From: Bdellovibrionales bacterium
Lineage (GTDB): Bacteria > Bdellovibrionota > Bdellovibrionia > Bdellovibrionales > DASUEL01
Direction of reading: 5' to 3'
Length of the DNA stretch: 64,000 nt
NCBI GenBank assembly: GCA_050250255.1
Contig: JBFWOZ010000006.1
Span: 20,226-84,225, forward strand
The notes beneath the pieces were generated by a model. It worked only from the letters and a program-made list of their open reading frames with translations, did no database searches and had not been told where the DNA came from. Of this stretch, positions 55,374-64,000 are shown one piece after another. The position numbers and the translations under genes are program-made. Numbering within the stretch: the first letter of the stretch is position 1; the number at the start of each line of letters is the position of its first letter.

Positions 55374-56555
55374 TTAATCTTGGCGAGGGCGCTTTTCGTT
55401 CAACTCGCGGCGAGTGCGTTCAAAGTAATCATCACCGTCCGTACGTTGATTATTACTACGAAGATCCTCGTCAAATCCCATTGGAGATTCATAGTCGTCC
55501 ATGCGAATCGAGTACTCTTCTTTTTCGTAAGGACGTGACAGACGATTTTCAGGGTAACGTTTGCGGTTTGGTCTTTGTCCAAGATAGTCGCGCTTGTAGA
55601 GAAGAACTTGGCCACCGATGATAGCCGCATTATGAACGTCGAGCTCGTTGTCTAACCCAGAACGTTTCATCCAGTTCATATCCACGTTTGGCATCGGCTG
55701 ACCTGTCATGCCCAAAGAAGGATTGTAGTTACCTGGGTTTTGAAATGGACCTGGTCGGTAGCGAGGGTCTTGAATACGCTGTTGCATCTCTTCAGGGGTG
55801 CGCGCGTTCGATCCAAATTCGACAACGATCGGCTGAAGAAAGCGAAAGCCTGCGCCCATATCACGAACTGAACCTATGCGCTCAATCAACTTCGTTGTAT
55901 CTACAAGCTGTGTCTTCATGTTGCTATTGACGTAACGGCTATTCAGCGACGAGAGTGTAGAGAGTTTAATGTAAGGGGCTCCGTTGCTATTCGACGACTG
56001 GGCCATGAATTTTTTAATTTCAAGGTAGCGACCATTATAGAGGTAGCCAATGTTGAAGGCACGATACTCGACATTATTGATTGTAGCTCTAAAGCTTAAA
56101 TACCCTTCAGAGTCGAAATCAAATTCTGTGGTCGCAACCCAGTTTAAGTGAGTGCGAAGAACGCAGGAATCATCACCGCGGAAGAAATCGACATAACATT
56201 GGTTTGAGAGAAAGGACACTCCGTAGTTTTTCCATTTGCCACCCACACACTGGAGATACCAAAGGTGCGAGAAAAATGTGGCGTTTTGTACGGGAAGTGA
56301 TTTTCCATCTGGAAGCTCTAAAGCCTCTACCGGAACGCGATCACTATTATAGATGCTGAAGTGTTGGTTACGGATTTTGTAACCTTTAGGCTTGCCTCTA
56401 TTGTCATAAGAAACAATCGCAGTCTTCTGTTCAGGTGGAGGTGTTGTTGCCGCGGGAGATGCTCCACCGCCGCCACCGCCGCCATCACCGCTTTTATTAC
56501 AAGCCATGCCCGCAACCATTAACACTGTAAGGAACCCAAGACTCAGCTTTTTCAT
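55374..56555 (-). CDS. Hypothetical lipoprotein
   Basis: MKKLSLGFLTVLMVAGMAC lipobox, followed by GDGGGGGGGASPAATTPPPE. GAGGTG lies upstream of the ATG at 56555. Confidence 0.65.
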   Translation of the reverse strand: MKKLSLGFLTVLMVAGMACNKSGDGGGGGGGASPAATTPPPEQKTAIVSYDNRGKPKGYKIRNQHFSIYNSDRVPVEALELPDGKSLPVQNATFFSHLWYLQCVGGKWKNYGVSFLSNQCYVDFFRGDDSCVLRTHLNWVATTEFDFDSEGYLSFRATINNVEYRAFNIGYLYNGRYLEIKKFMAQSSNSNGAPYIKLSTLSSLNSRYVNSNMKTQLVDTTKLIERIGSVRDMGAGFRFLQPIVVEFGSNARTPEEMQQRIQDPRYRPGPFQNPGNYNPSLGMTGQPMPNVDMNWMKRSGLDNELDVHNAAIIGGQVLLYKRDYLGQRPNRKRYPENRLSRPYEKEEYSIRMDDYESPMGFDEDLRSNNQRTDGDDYFERTRRELNEKRPRQD

Positions 56556-56620
56556 ACACACCTCAAGGCAAAAAAATTGCCGTTTTATTCTAACAATGAA
56601 GGTGTATTCAATAAGTTGGC

Positions 56621-56657
56621 CAAAAAAAGAGGGGTTTGCGTAGGCGCAAACCCCTCT
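56621..56657 (-). terminator. Intrinsic terminator of hpf (13-bp perfect stem AGAGGGGTTTGCG/CGCAAACCCCTCT, 4-nt loop, U-tract on the minus strand)
   Basis: Read directly. The A-run at 56622..56628 on the plus strand becomes the T-run after the hairpin on the minus strand. Confidence 0.75.
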
Positions 56658-56749
56658 GTCCTCTTCATAAATTGTAGCTCATCCCACTTTTGAAAAACTC
56701 CAGTGTTAGAAACTCAACACCGGTGACGTAAATGGTCTTTCAACCTTCA

Positions 56750-57079
56750 CTATCGTAGTTCAACCAGAACATTCGGAGGACGACGACGTTTTTTTAATCT
56801 TTCTGTCTTTAAGTGCCTCAGTTGTTTCATGAGCTTTGAGGTCGCGGATTCTATTGCCGTGTAGAGGTCAGGATTCAGTGCGCGACTGACAAGAGTTCGA
56901 CCTCCAAAAGCATGAACCCTCATCGTAGCCGAGAAGAAATCGTGACCCGCCTTCGCTAAATAAACAGAAACGTCGTCGATTCTCGGCATTTTCTGCGTCA
57001 TCATCTCGACATTTTTTTCGACTGATTCTTCTATGGCGGGGGTGGGGGAAAAGTGTTCACAAACTAAGGATACAGACAT
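56750..57079 (-). CDS. hpf: Ribosome hibernation-promoting factor (HPF/RaiA family)
   Basis: VCEHFSPTPAIEESVEKNV...DLYTAIESATSKLMKQLRHLKTERLKK. SD GAGGAGG. Confidence 0.85.
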   Translation of the reverse strand: MSVSLVCEHFSPTPAIEESVEKNVEMMTQKMPRIDDVSVYLAKAGHDFFSATMRVHAFGGRTLVSRALNPDLYTAIESATSKLMKQLRHLKTERLKKRRRPPNVLVELR

Positions 57080-57111
57080 TCTTACCTCCTCTGTCTTAAC
57101 AAGTTTCTAAA

Positions 57112-57127
57112 TACAATATGGGTGCCA
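57112..57127 (-). promoter_or_regulatory. Sigma-54-like -24/-12 element upstream of hpf (TGGCAC-N5-TTGTA)
   Basis: The minus strand reads TGGCACCCATATTGTA about 35 nt upstream of the ATG. The -12 element is GT rather than the consensus GC. Confidence 0.3.
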
Positions 57128-57277
57128 TTTTTTTAATGTAAAGTGGACTAGACCTCAATTGGGCGTTGCGGAAAGTGTATGAAAGAACAAAGAAAATTGG
57201 CGCAAAAAAAACTAATCAGATGTATTAATATTCGCTGCGAGTAATTTTGTCAAAAGCGGGCAAAAAAGGTTATTGAA

Positions 57278-59335
57278 ATGAAAACAGGAAATAAACTCAC
57301 TCTCGAAAAAAGTCCATATCTTCTTCAGCACGCAAAAAATCCTGTCGACTGGTTGGCGTGGAACAAAGAGGCCTTTGAGGAGGCCCGGAAAAACGATAAG
57401 CCCATTTTTTTATCTATTGGATATTCTACGTGTCACTGGTGCCACGTTATGGAACATGAGTCTTTTGAGGACCCCACCGTCGCCGCTATGATGAACGAAG
57501 TGTTTGTGAACATCAAAGTGGATCGTGAAGAGCGACCTGATATCGACCACATTTACATGACAGTTTGTCAGATGATGTCGGGACAAGGTGGCTGGCCTCT
57601 CACCATCTTTATGACCCCCGATATGAAACCTTTTTTTGCAGCCACCTACATTCCTAAAACGTCTCGTCATGGTCACATCGGCATGATCGATCTCATTCCG
57701 CGGATTCAAGATGTTTGGACCAATCGCCGCGAGGAGGTCTACCGAACAGCTGAGGGAATCACGGCGGGGCTCTTGCGCTTGTCAGAAACTCCCACCATAG
57801 AAGAAGGCTTCTCTGCAAAGGATCTGCATGAAACTTTCGATATGCTTTCTCAGGGCTACGATGAAACTTATGGAGGGTTTGGAGCCGCACCGAAATTTCC
57901 TACACCTAGTCATTTTCGTTTTCTTTTAAGGTACTGGAAACGCTTTCGATCAGAGCGCGCTTTGAATATGGTTACCAACAGCCTCACACAAATGAGACAA
58001 GGCGGAGTTTTTGATCACGTCGGCCTTGGCTTTCATCGATATTCTACGGATCGCGAATGGCTTACTCCGCATTTTGAAAAAATGCTTTATGATCAAGCCA
58101 CCCTTCTCATGGCTTATACCGAAGCCTATCAAGCGACTAAAAATCCACTTTTTGAACAGACCGCTCACGAAATTTGCGCTTATGTAAAACAAAAATTTCT
58201 TTCTCCAGAGGGAGCCTTTTACTCTGCAGAAGATGCGGACAGCGAGGGCGAAGAAGGAAAGTTTTATCTCTGGGAGCAAAAAGAGCTGCAGACGGTTTTA
58301 ACCTCGGAAGAGTTTTCCTTTGTTAAAAAAAGTTTCAATATCCAAGAGTACGGAAACTTTGTCGAACATGGGGTTCAAAAACCCGGCAACATTCTCTCGC
58401 TGATTCCTGTTTGGAAGGAGTGGTCTCCGCAAGAGCAAGCCACCTTTAAAACAAAATGGGAGTCCATTCGGAAAAAATTAGAGAGCTTTCGAGAGAAAAG
58501 AATTTTTCCACACAAAGACGACAAGATCTTAACAGATTGGAACGCGTTGATGATCGGCGCACTTGCTAAATCCGCTCGCGTCTTCAACAGACCTGATTAT
58601 TCCGAAATGGCGCAGAAGGCACTTCAATTCTTAAACAGCCATCTCAAAAAGAAAACCTATTTACATCGTTATCGAGATGGGGAAGCGGCGATCATAAGTC
58701 CCGTTGATGATTACGCCTTTCTTCTTCATGCCCACATTGAACTCTACGAATCAGTCTTCGACCCTTTACTTTTAGAAAACGCGCTTTTGGTAGCTCAAGA
58801 AATGATTGATCTTTTTTGGGATGAAAAAGATCTTGGCTTCTTTTTTACCTCCAAAAATGCAGAGGCCCTTTTGGTAAGAAAAAAAGAGCGCTATGACGGT
58901 GCCACTCCTGCAGGTCAGTCTGTGGCCATCGAAAGTCTTTCACGACTTTCAAAGCTCACCGGGCAGATGAGCTTTGATGAATATGCGCAAAAAGCACTGC
59001 AAAGTTCTGGAAATGAAATTCGTCGGTATCCTTCCGCTTACACCTATTTGATGTCGGCCTTGGATTTTACTTTTGGGCCGCCACAAGAGCTGGTCGTCAC
59101 AGCTCAAGGGCTTTCTCAAGAGCTCAAACAGCACCTCTCCATCATTCAAAGAGAGTTTTTGCCACATTTGAGTCTGGTATTAAAAACGAAAGCATCGGAT
59201 CCCTCTGCGGCATCCTCGTTCACGAGTGGTATGTCGATCACGGAGAGCTCCCTTTATTATATCTGCGAAAACTTCACATGCGCTCAGCCGACTCAAGACT
59301 TTGATTCAGTTTTCAAACGTCTTTGCTCAAAATAA
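57278..59335 (+). CDS. Thioredoxin-domain protein (YyaL/DUF255, SSP411-like)
   Basis: [54 protein letters not shown]. Confidence 0.9.
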   Translation: MKTGNKLTLEKSPYLLQHAKNPVDWLAWNKEAFEEARKNDKPIFLSIGYSTCHWCHVMEHESFEDPTVAAMMNEVFVNIKVDREERPDIDHIYMTVCQMMSGQGGWPLTIFMTPDMKPFFAATYIPKTSRHGHIGMIDLIPRIQDVWTNRREEVYRTAEGITAGLLRLSETPTIEEGFSAKDLHETFDMLSQGYDETYGGFGAAPKFPTPSHFRFLLRYWKRFRSERALNMVTNSLTQMRQGGVFDHVGLGFHRYSTDREWLTPHFEKMLYDQATLLMAYTEAYQATKNPLFEQTAHEICAYVKQKFLSPEGAFYSAEDADSEGEEGKFYLWEQKELQTVLTSEEFSFVKKSFNIQEYGNFVEHGVQKPGNILSLIPVWKEWSPQEQATFKTKWESIRKKLESFREKRIFPHKDDKILTDWNALMIGALAKSARVFNRPDYSEMAQKALQFLNSHLKKKTYLHRYRDGEAAIISPVDDYAFLLHAHIELYESVFDPLLLENALLVAQEMIDLFWDEKDLGFFFTSKNAEALLVRKKERYDGATPAGQSVAIESLSRLSKLTGQMSFDEYAQKALQSSGNEIRRYPSAYTYLMSALDFTFGPPQELVVTAQGLSQELKQHLSIIQREFLPHLSLVLKTKASDPSAASSFTSGMSITESSLYYICENFTCAQPTQDFDSVFKRLCSK

Positions 59336-59421
59336 AAAAGAGGTTGGCCTCCTTTTATGTTTCGCTGTCGGGCCTTGCCTATTTAGGAGTTGAGTTCTAT
59401 CCTTAAAAGGTGGGAGCACCT

Positions 59422-60525
59422 ATGGCTAAAAAACGCGTGGCAATTTTATTTGGCGGCAAATCCGCAGAACACGAAGTTTCCTTAATGTCGGCAAAAAGCA
59501 TTTTTGAAAATATTGATAAATCAAAATATGATGTTTGCCTGATCGGCGTCGACAAAGAGGGACACTGGGCTCTCCATGATGGCGCCAAAGCGCTTTTGAA
59601 CGCACATGATCCTAAGCTTATTGCTCTGAATAAATCAAACCAAGCACTCACTTTAGATCCCGGTGCCGAAAACAAAGCTTTGATTGAAACTTCGAGTGGC
59701 AATTCTATCGGCAATGTGGATGTTGTTTTTTCGGTCATGCACGGAACGATCGGTGAAGATGGTTCTATGCAAGGACTACTTCGCACCGCCGGAATTGCCT
59801 TTGTAGGGCCAAGCGTTCTTTCTTCTGCGGTCGGAATGGACAAAGATGTTTCCAAAAGACTACTTCGGGATGCCCAAATCCCGGTGGCGAAATTCATTAC
59901 GCTTCATCGCCATCAGATCAGTCAAATTTCCTTTCAAAGCGTCTCTCAAGAGTTAGGATTACCACTCTTTATTAAACCCGCCAACACGGGTTCTTCCGTT
60001 GGTATTCACAAAGTGAAATCAGAAAAAGATTTTGATTTCGCCATCAGTGACGCATTTAAATACGATACAAAAATTCTTATCGAAGAGTTCATTAAGGGCC
60101 GTGAGATAGAAATTTCTGTTTTAGGAAACGAAAATCCCATCGCATCTTTGCCAGGCGAGGTCATCCCCCATCATGACTTTTATTCTTACGAGGCGAAGTA
60201 TATTGATGAAAATGGCGCCGTCATCGAAATTCCGGCAAAGCTTGATAAGGCCACAATTAAAAGAGTGCAAGAACTCGCCATTAAAACTTTCACCACTCTT
60301 TGTTGTGAAGGTCTCGCACGAGTGGATTTTTTCCTGACGGAATCAGGTGAACTCTATCTTAACGAGATCAATACCTTGCCGGGCTTTACCAAAATCAGCA
60401 TGTATCCTAAAATGTGGGATGCTTCGGGGATTGGTTATTCGGAGCTTATTGATAAGTTGATCCAACTAGCGCTTGAGCGGCATGAGCGAGATAAAAACAT
60501 CAAAACTCACTACACACCACAATAG
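59422..60525 (+). CDS. ddl: D-alanine--D-alanine ligase
   Basis: KRVAILFGGKSAEHEVSLMSAKS...HGTIGEDGSMQGLL...ARVDFFL...LNEINTLPGFT. I chose the start at ATG 59422 because AAGGTGGGAG lies upstream. Confidence 0.95.
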   Translation: MAKKRVAILFGGKSAEHEVSLMSAKSIFENIDKSKYDVCLIGVDKEGHWALHDGAKALLNAHDPKLIALNKSNQALTLDPGAENKALIETSSGNSIGNVDVVFSVMHGTIGEDGSMQGLLRTAGIAFVGPSVLSSAVGMDKDVSKRLLRDAQIPVAKFITLHRHQISQISFQSVSQELGLPLFIKPANTGSSVGIHKVKSEKDFDFAISDAFKYDTKILIEEFIKGREIEISVLGNENPIASLPGEVIPHHDFYSYEAKYIDENGAVIEIPAKLDKATIKRVQELAIKTFTTLCCEGLARVDFFLTESGELYLNEINTLPGFTKISMYPKMWDASGIGYSELIDKLIQLALERHERDKNIKTHYTPQ

Positions 60526-61647
60526 TTAGGACGCTAAGAAGTCTTCAATTTCAGTTTTGCGAACCATGGCGTCTTTATACCCGAGCTCGGCTAAACGGCT
60601 GCAGAACGTGGGATCAAAGAGCAAATAACTAATTAAACCCGAAGCTTGTTCGAGAGGGCCTAGGCCCTTAAGAAGGTATCGTATGACGCGCGGAAGGCGC
60701 CATGTTTCTCCCTGAGCCATTTTTCCAATATCCTCAGAGGGGCTTATCCAAATGAAGTTTACAGGCCTTAACGAAAGACTTTTACGTTTCTCCTCTGGAA
60801 CATGAGAAAGCGTTTTGTTCACACGATTCATGCGTTCAATATCCCAATCGACTCCATCGAGGAGAATGGCGTTCAGCACGACGCTGATCACGCGACCCAC
60901 GCTGGGACGATCTACATTCGTCGTGAGAATTTCACTGGTCGGTGGCTGTTTTCTCACGCCAACGATAAAAAGTTTTTCAGCTCCCAGATGAATCGCGGGA
61001 CTTAAAGGAGCCGTGTTTCGCAAACAACCATCTCCAAAATATCGACCATCGATGTTCACGGGCGGAAAGAAAATCGGAATCGCACAAGATCCGAGCACAT
61101 GCTCCACACGAATTTTTGTATCTTCGCTCTTTCGTAGCTGACGATCCCACATCTCCATAGGCGCCTTACCTTGCACAAATGTGATGGAATTCGAGGATGT
61201 ATAATCCGTGGCTGTCACCGAAAGCGCACGCAAATGTTCTGCATCAAGATTTTTTTGAATTTGGTCATAATCGATATGGCTCTGGAGAAGATGATGAAGC
61301 GGCTTCGTATTCATCAGAGCTTTTGCAAAGTGAGAGCCTCGAAGTGGCGCCATCATGAAGTCGAGAGCAAATTTTGCTCCTACATTTCCCATAGAGATCA
61401 CGTCCGACTGGAAAACATCTGAGAATTTAACGTTCTGCCAGAGATCTAAAAGTTTTTCGGCACCCCTAACGGGGTCATGGCATTGCGAAGCCCAGAAGGT
61501 GGCATTGATGGAGCCAGCACTCACGCCTGTCACAATTTCAAATGGATTTTTCTTTTCCCAAGTTCCTGAAATTTCAGAAACTGCTTTTAGCACACCCGCT
61601 TGATAAGCCCCGCGCGCACCACCACCCGTCAACACCATTGCTCTCAT
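60526..61647 (-). CDS. Patatin-like phospholipase
   Basis: LTGGGARGAYQAGVL and GVSAGSINA (GxSxG). Confidence 0.9.
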   Translation of the reverse strand: MRAMVLTGGGARGAYQAGVLKAVSEISGTWEKKNPFEIVTGVSAGSINATFWASQCHDPVRGAEKLLDLWQNVKFSDVFQSDVISMGNVGAKFALDFMMAPLRGSHFAKALMNTKPLHHLLQSHIDYDQIQKNLDAEHLRALSVTATDYTSSNSITFVQGKAPMEMWDRQLRKSEDTKIRVEHVLGSCAIPIFFPPVNIDGRYFGDGCLRNTAPLSPAIHLGAEKLFIVGVRKQPPTSEILTTNVDRPSVGRVISVVLNAILLDGVDWDIERMNRVNKTLSHVPEEKRKSLSLRPVNFIWISPSEDIGKMAQGETWRLPRVIRYLLKGLGPLEQASGLISYLLFDPTFCSRLAELGYKDAMVRKTEIEDFLAS

Positions 61648-61782
61648 ATACTTTATGATCCTGCTCTTTCGTGAGCCTGTCTATTTACCTAACGTCGCCT
61701 CGACTCATGTCGGGTAGAACTCGACTTGTGACAACCCTGGAGGTTAGAGACAATAGAGATAGATATTTTCCTCGGAGGGAAA

Positions 61783-62148
61783 ATGAGCACAATTTCAAAA
61801 AATCTCCCAGCAAAGACTACCATCACAAAAGATACGTTGAGTAAAAAGCCAGAAGAAAAAGCGACCTATAAAAAAGCGGGCGCTACTGCAGGAAAAGAAG
61901 CCAATTCCACAAAGGCCAAAGCGCCCAAGATGAGTGCCTCTGAAGAGATGGCGATGTTTAAAGCCGCCATTGTCGACATCGATAAGCCGGTAAAGGACGA
62001 TCCTGCTCTCGCCAACATGGCCTCTCCCACCTACAGCCCAAAGGAACTTCGAGCCAAAGCGGCCATATTTATGGCAAGCAGCAAAGCCACTCCCGAAGAA
62101 AAGGCTCTTTTGGCCTCGACCTTAAAAGAAAAAAAGGTTGAGAAGTAG
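61783..62148 (+). CDS. Lys/Ala-rich hypothetical protein
   Basis: The ORF has an SD-like GGAGGGAAA sequence upstream. The composition is low-complexity and K/A/E-rich. Confidence 0.45.
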   Translation: MSTISKNLPAKTTITKDTLSKKPEEKATYKKAGATAGKEANSTKAKAPKMSASEEMAMFKAAIVDIDKPVKDDPALANMASPTYSPKELRAKAAIFMASSKATPEEKALLASTLKEKKVEK

Positions 62149-62212
62149 ACCTACAGACTTAGCGCAACGCAACCTGCGTGCGTTTCCTCGTCTTCATGAT
62201 AAGTCTATAGTG

Positions 62213-62581
62213 ATGAAGACGGATCCTTTACAAGATATTCAAGAGCTCAAAGAGTTGATTCGAGACTTTTGCGAAAAAAGAGATTGGGATCAATTTCATT
62301 CTCCTAAGGATCTTGCCATCGGACTTGCCACAGAGTCTGCAGAACTTCTTGAGCTTTTTCGCTTCAAATCCAATGAAGAAATTGAACGCCTTGTGAGCAC
62401 CGAGCCCGGCCGCACCAAGGTGGCCGAGGAGCTTGCTGATGTATTTTATTTTCTTCTTCGCTTTGGACAGAAATATCAATTTGATCTCACGACAGAGCTT
62501 GTAAAAAAGCTCGAAATTAATGACAAAAAATATCCGGTCGACAAAGCACGCGGTTCAAACAAAAAATATAACGAACTCTAG
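62213..62581 (+). CDS. MazG-like nucleotide pyrophosphohydrolase
   Basis: FCEKRDWDQFHSPKDLAIGLATESAELLELF...EELADVFYFLLRF. The start is at ATG 62213. Confidence 0.85.
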   Translation: MKTDPLQDIQELKELIRDFCEKRDWDQFHSPKDLAIGLATESAELLELFRFKSNEEIERLVSTEPGRTKVAEELADVFYFLLRFGQKYQFDLTTELVKKLEINDKKYPVDKARGSNKKYNEL

Positions 62582-62589
62582 AGGGAAAT

Positions 62590-62883
62590 ATGGCTAAAAA
62601 GTATAGTAAAGAACAAATTGAAGAAGCTCTTCCAGACTATAAAGGTTGGTCGATCAATCCCAATGATCAAATTGAAAAGACCTACGAGTTTAAAACTTTT
62701 GCATCTGCCATTCTCTTTGTGAATGCCGTGGCTCAGCGATCAGAAATGCTTAACCACCATCCCGACATTCTTGTTCTCTTTAATAAAGTGACTCTTTCTC
62801 TCAGCACGCACGATGCCGGTGGCGTTACCGAAAAAGATTTTGAGCTCGCTCAAGAGACTGACTCCCTCATCGCTAAACCTTGA
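62590..62883 (+). CDS. Pterin-4-alpha-carbinolamine dehydratase
   Basis: FVNAVAQRSEMLNHHPDILVLFNKVTLSLSTHDAGGVTEKD. Confidence 0.9.
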   Translation: MAKKYSKEQIEEALPDYKGWSINPNDQIEKTYEFKTFASAILFVNAVAQRSEMLNHHPDILVLFNKVTLSLSTHDAGGVTEKDFELAQETDSLIAKP

Positions 62884-62886
62884 CAA

Positions 62887-62954
62887 GTCATCCTGAGCGC
62901 AACGAAGGACCTCGTCTTATTTAACACCAGATCCTTCGCTTCGCTCAGGGTGAC
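62887..62954. repeat. Imperfect 25-bp inverted repeat (GTCATCCTGAGCGCAACGAAGGACC ... GATCCTTCGCTTCGCTCAGGGTGAC). It is a REP/MITE-like palindromic element between convergent genes.
   Basis: The arms are at 62887..62911 and 62930..62954, read directly. The element produces the spurious ORF 62850..63059 containing VTLSEAKDL and SFVALRMT. Confidence 0.6.
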
Positions 62955-63076
62955 AAGCTTCTGTATGTAATAAAAGGCTAGCGGAGTCCAGAAAAGGAGT
63001 GGCATATTGGCAACCCAACATGGGAGAAGTACGCACGGATGTGTCCGCACTTTTTTCAAATCATATCACTAAAATG

Positions 63077-63508
63077 TTATTTTAGTTTTAACAAGATACG
63101 TCTTTTAGGATTAAATTGAACCCGCCCATCGGCAAAGTTTCGCTTTACTTCTTCAACAAGAAGATTGTTTTCAAAAAAGAAAGACTGACTTGTTTTGTAT
63201 GAAAGACCATCATGGGATGTCTGCCAATTGAAGTTCATTTTTTGACCAGTCCAATTCGTCTTAAAAGTAGCATAACCGTCTAAAATTGGACGACCCTGTT
63301 CATCAGCCATTGAAATACTAACTTGTTCACACCCATCTTGTAGAATCACCTTGTGTTCAGAATATTGTACTGTCTCTACAGGTGAATTTTCCTGATACTG
63401 AATTTGAATCACTCTATAATGACCGCTTAGATTAGGACAGGAATCTGCCTTTGATTGATAAGATGCCACAAGCAGCACACACAAACTAAACACAGACATT
63501 TTAATCAT
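63077..63508 (-). CDS. Secreted hypothetical protein
   Basis: Signal peptide: MIKMSVFSLCVLLVASYQSKA. SD-like GGAG sequence upstream. Confidence 0.6.
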   Translation of the reverse strand: MIKMSVFSLCVLLVASYQSKADSCPNLSGHYRVIQIQYQENSPVETVQYSEHKVILQDGCEQVSISMADEQGRPILDGYATFKTNWTGQKMNFNWQTSHDGLSYKTSQSFFFENNLLVEEVKRNFADGRVQFNPKRRILLKLK

Positions 63509-63944
63509 AAAGGCTCCTTCATTGCTCTGACCTTGAGCAAAATCGGTGCCTAATATAAACTAACCTGTAGAGCATAAATAGGTTCTGCCGATTTGCAATG
63601 CCGCTTTTTGTTACTATCAATGGTTTAAACACGTAACCGGCCACTGGCTTTACGAATATAAAACCAAATGATTGCTGGTCATTATTTACTACGAAATATG
63701 CCGACATACCGAGCAATTTAAAAAACAATTTGACGTATTTCGAGGTCTTTAAAGTTTCGTTTAATTGATTGGTTTGTAAGTTTCTTTTGTTTTGGTCTGC
63801 TTCGAAAAATAATACAACATAGACGTATTATTTAAGTTTAAACATAATCTTTGTAGAGGCATTGCCTTATTTCACTTTTCATAAAAGCGCGATTTTAAAA
63901 TCATGTGGTATGGTTCTTTCACCTTTTCACCCAAAGGAGAAGCC

Positions 63945-64000
63945 ATGACGAAACATATGCAGATTCACGAAAAAGCTCTCGAGGTCGCGGGCCGTTTTCG
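63945..64000 (+). CDS. 5'-partial view of an unknown CDS (MTKHMQIHEKALEVAGRF...), which continues beyond the window
   Basis: ATG 63945 has AAAGGAGAAG 3-4 nt upstream. Only 18 codons are visible. Confidence 0.35.
   Translation, partial: MTKHMQIHEKALEVAGRF

Noticed and set aside
59403-59897. 164-aa minus-strand ORF overlapping the ddl 5' half.
   Set aside because: It is an antisense shadow of a highly conserved gene, and its translation has no recognisable features.
63519-63728. 69-aa minus-strand ORF in the AT-rich 430-nt intergenic region near the right edge.
   Set aside because: It has no RBS, an odd composition, and looks like a chance ORF in AT-rich DNA. The region is more likely promoter or spacer sequence.
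1-64000. I searched by eye for CRISPR repeats, tRNA/rRNA signatures (for example GTTCGAATC T-loops), transposase, integrase or phage genes, and long direct repeats.
   Set aside because: None was recognised. The only repeat-like element is the single palindromic unit at 62887..62954. A computational scan (tRNAscan-SE, Infernal, ISfinder, self-dotplot) would be needed to be definitive.

Overview
This is a densely coded bacterial chromosomal segment with about 60 genes. I found no rRNA, tRNA, CRISPR array, transposase or integrase by eye. All functional calls come from reading the supplied translations and my own manual translation against remembered family motifs. No searches were run.

The main correction to the ORF track concerns 1..8304. 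This stretch looks ORF-free in the track, but it is one uninterrupted minus-strand reading frame of 2768 codons that runs off the window edge. It encodes a cyclic beta-1,2-glucan synthase (NdvB/ChvB/Cgs type).

The left third of the window (1..23126) is unusually rich in osmoadaptation and glucan/trehalose genes:
- the glucan synthase
- a signal-peptide-bearing GH13 enzyme
- an NhaR-like LysR regulator and a putative Na+/H+ antiporter
- an MscS channel
- a translationally coupled otsA-otsB-marR operon, in which OtsA carries a roughly 256-aa two-TM sensor-like N-terminal module
- a divergent GH15 glucoamylase/trehalase-like gene

The rest of the window contains:
- signalling genes: two paralogous soluble histidine kinases, a FIST protein, a REC-PilZ protein and a PAS-GAF hybrid kinase
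- a His-rich/HupE metal-uptake module
- a DEAD-box helicase
- a stress cluster: BON, Dps, HPF and small secreted proteins
- two S8 lipoprotein proteases
- housekeeping genes: ddl, an ATM1-type ABC transporter, an AbgT transporter, a YyaL thioredoxin-domain protein and others

The most notable observations are:
- Two well-conserved genes, the glucan synthase and the DEAD-box helicase, can only start at a non-canonical codon. In both cases it is CTG-AAA, directly or almost directly after an in-frame TGA and 6-7 nt downstream of a Shine-Dalgarno sequence.
- OtsA is fused to a membrane sensor-like module.
- A perfect 36-bp palindrome lies in the LysR divergent promoter.
- A REC-PilZ/histidine-kinase pair sits next to the glucan synthase.

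I did not find a clear self-contained novel multi-gene system such as a defence island. The candidates below are hypotheses that need database and experimental checks.
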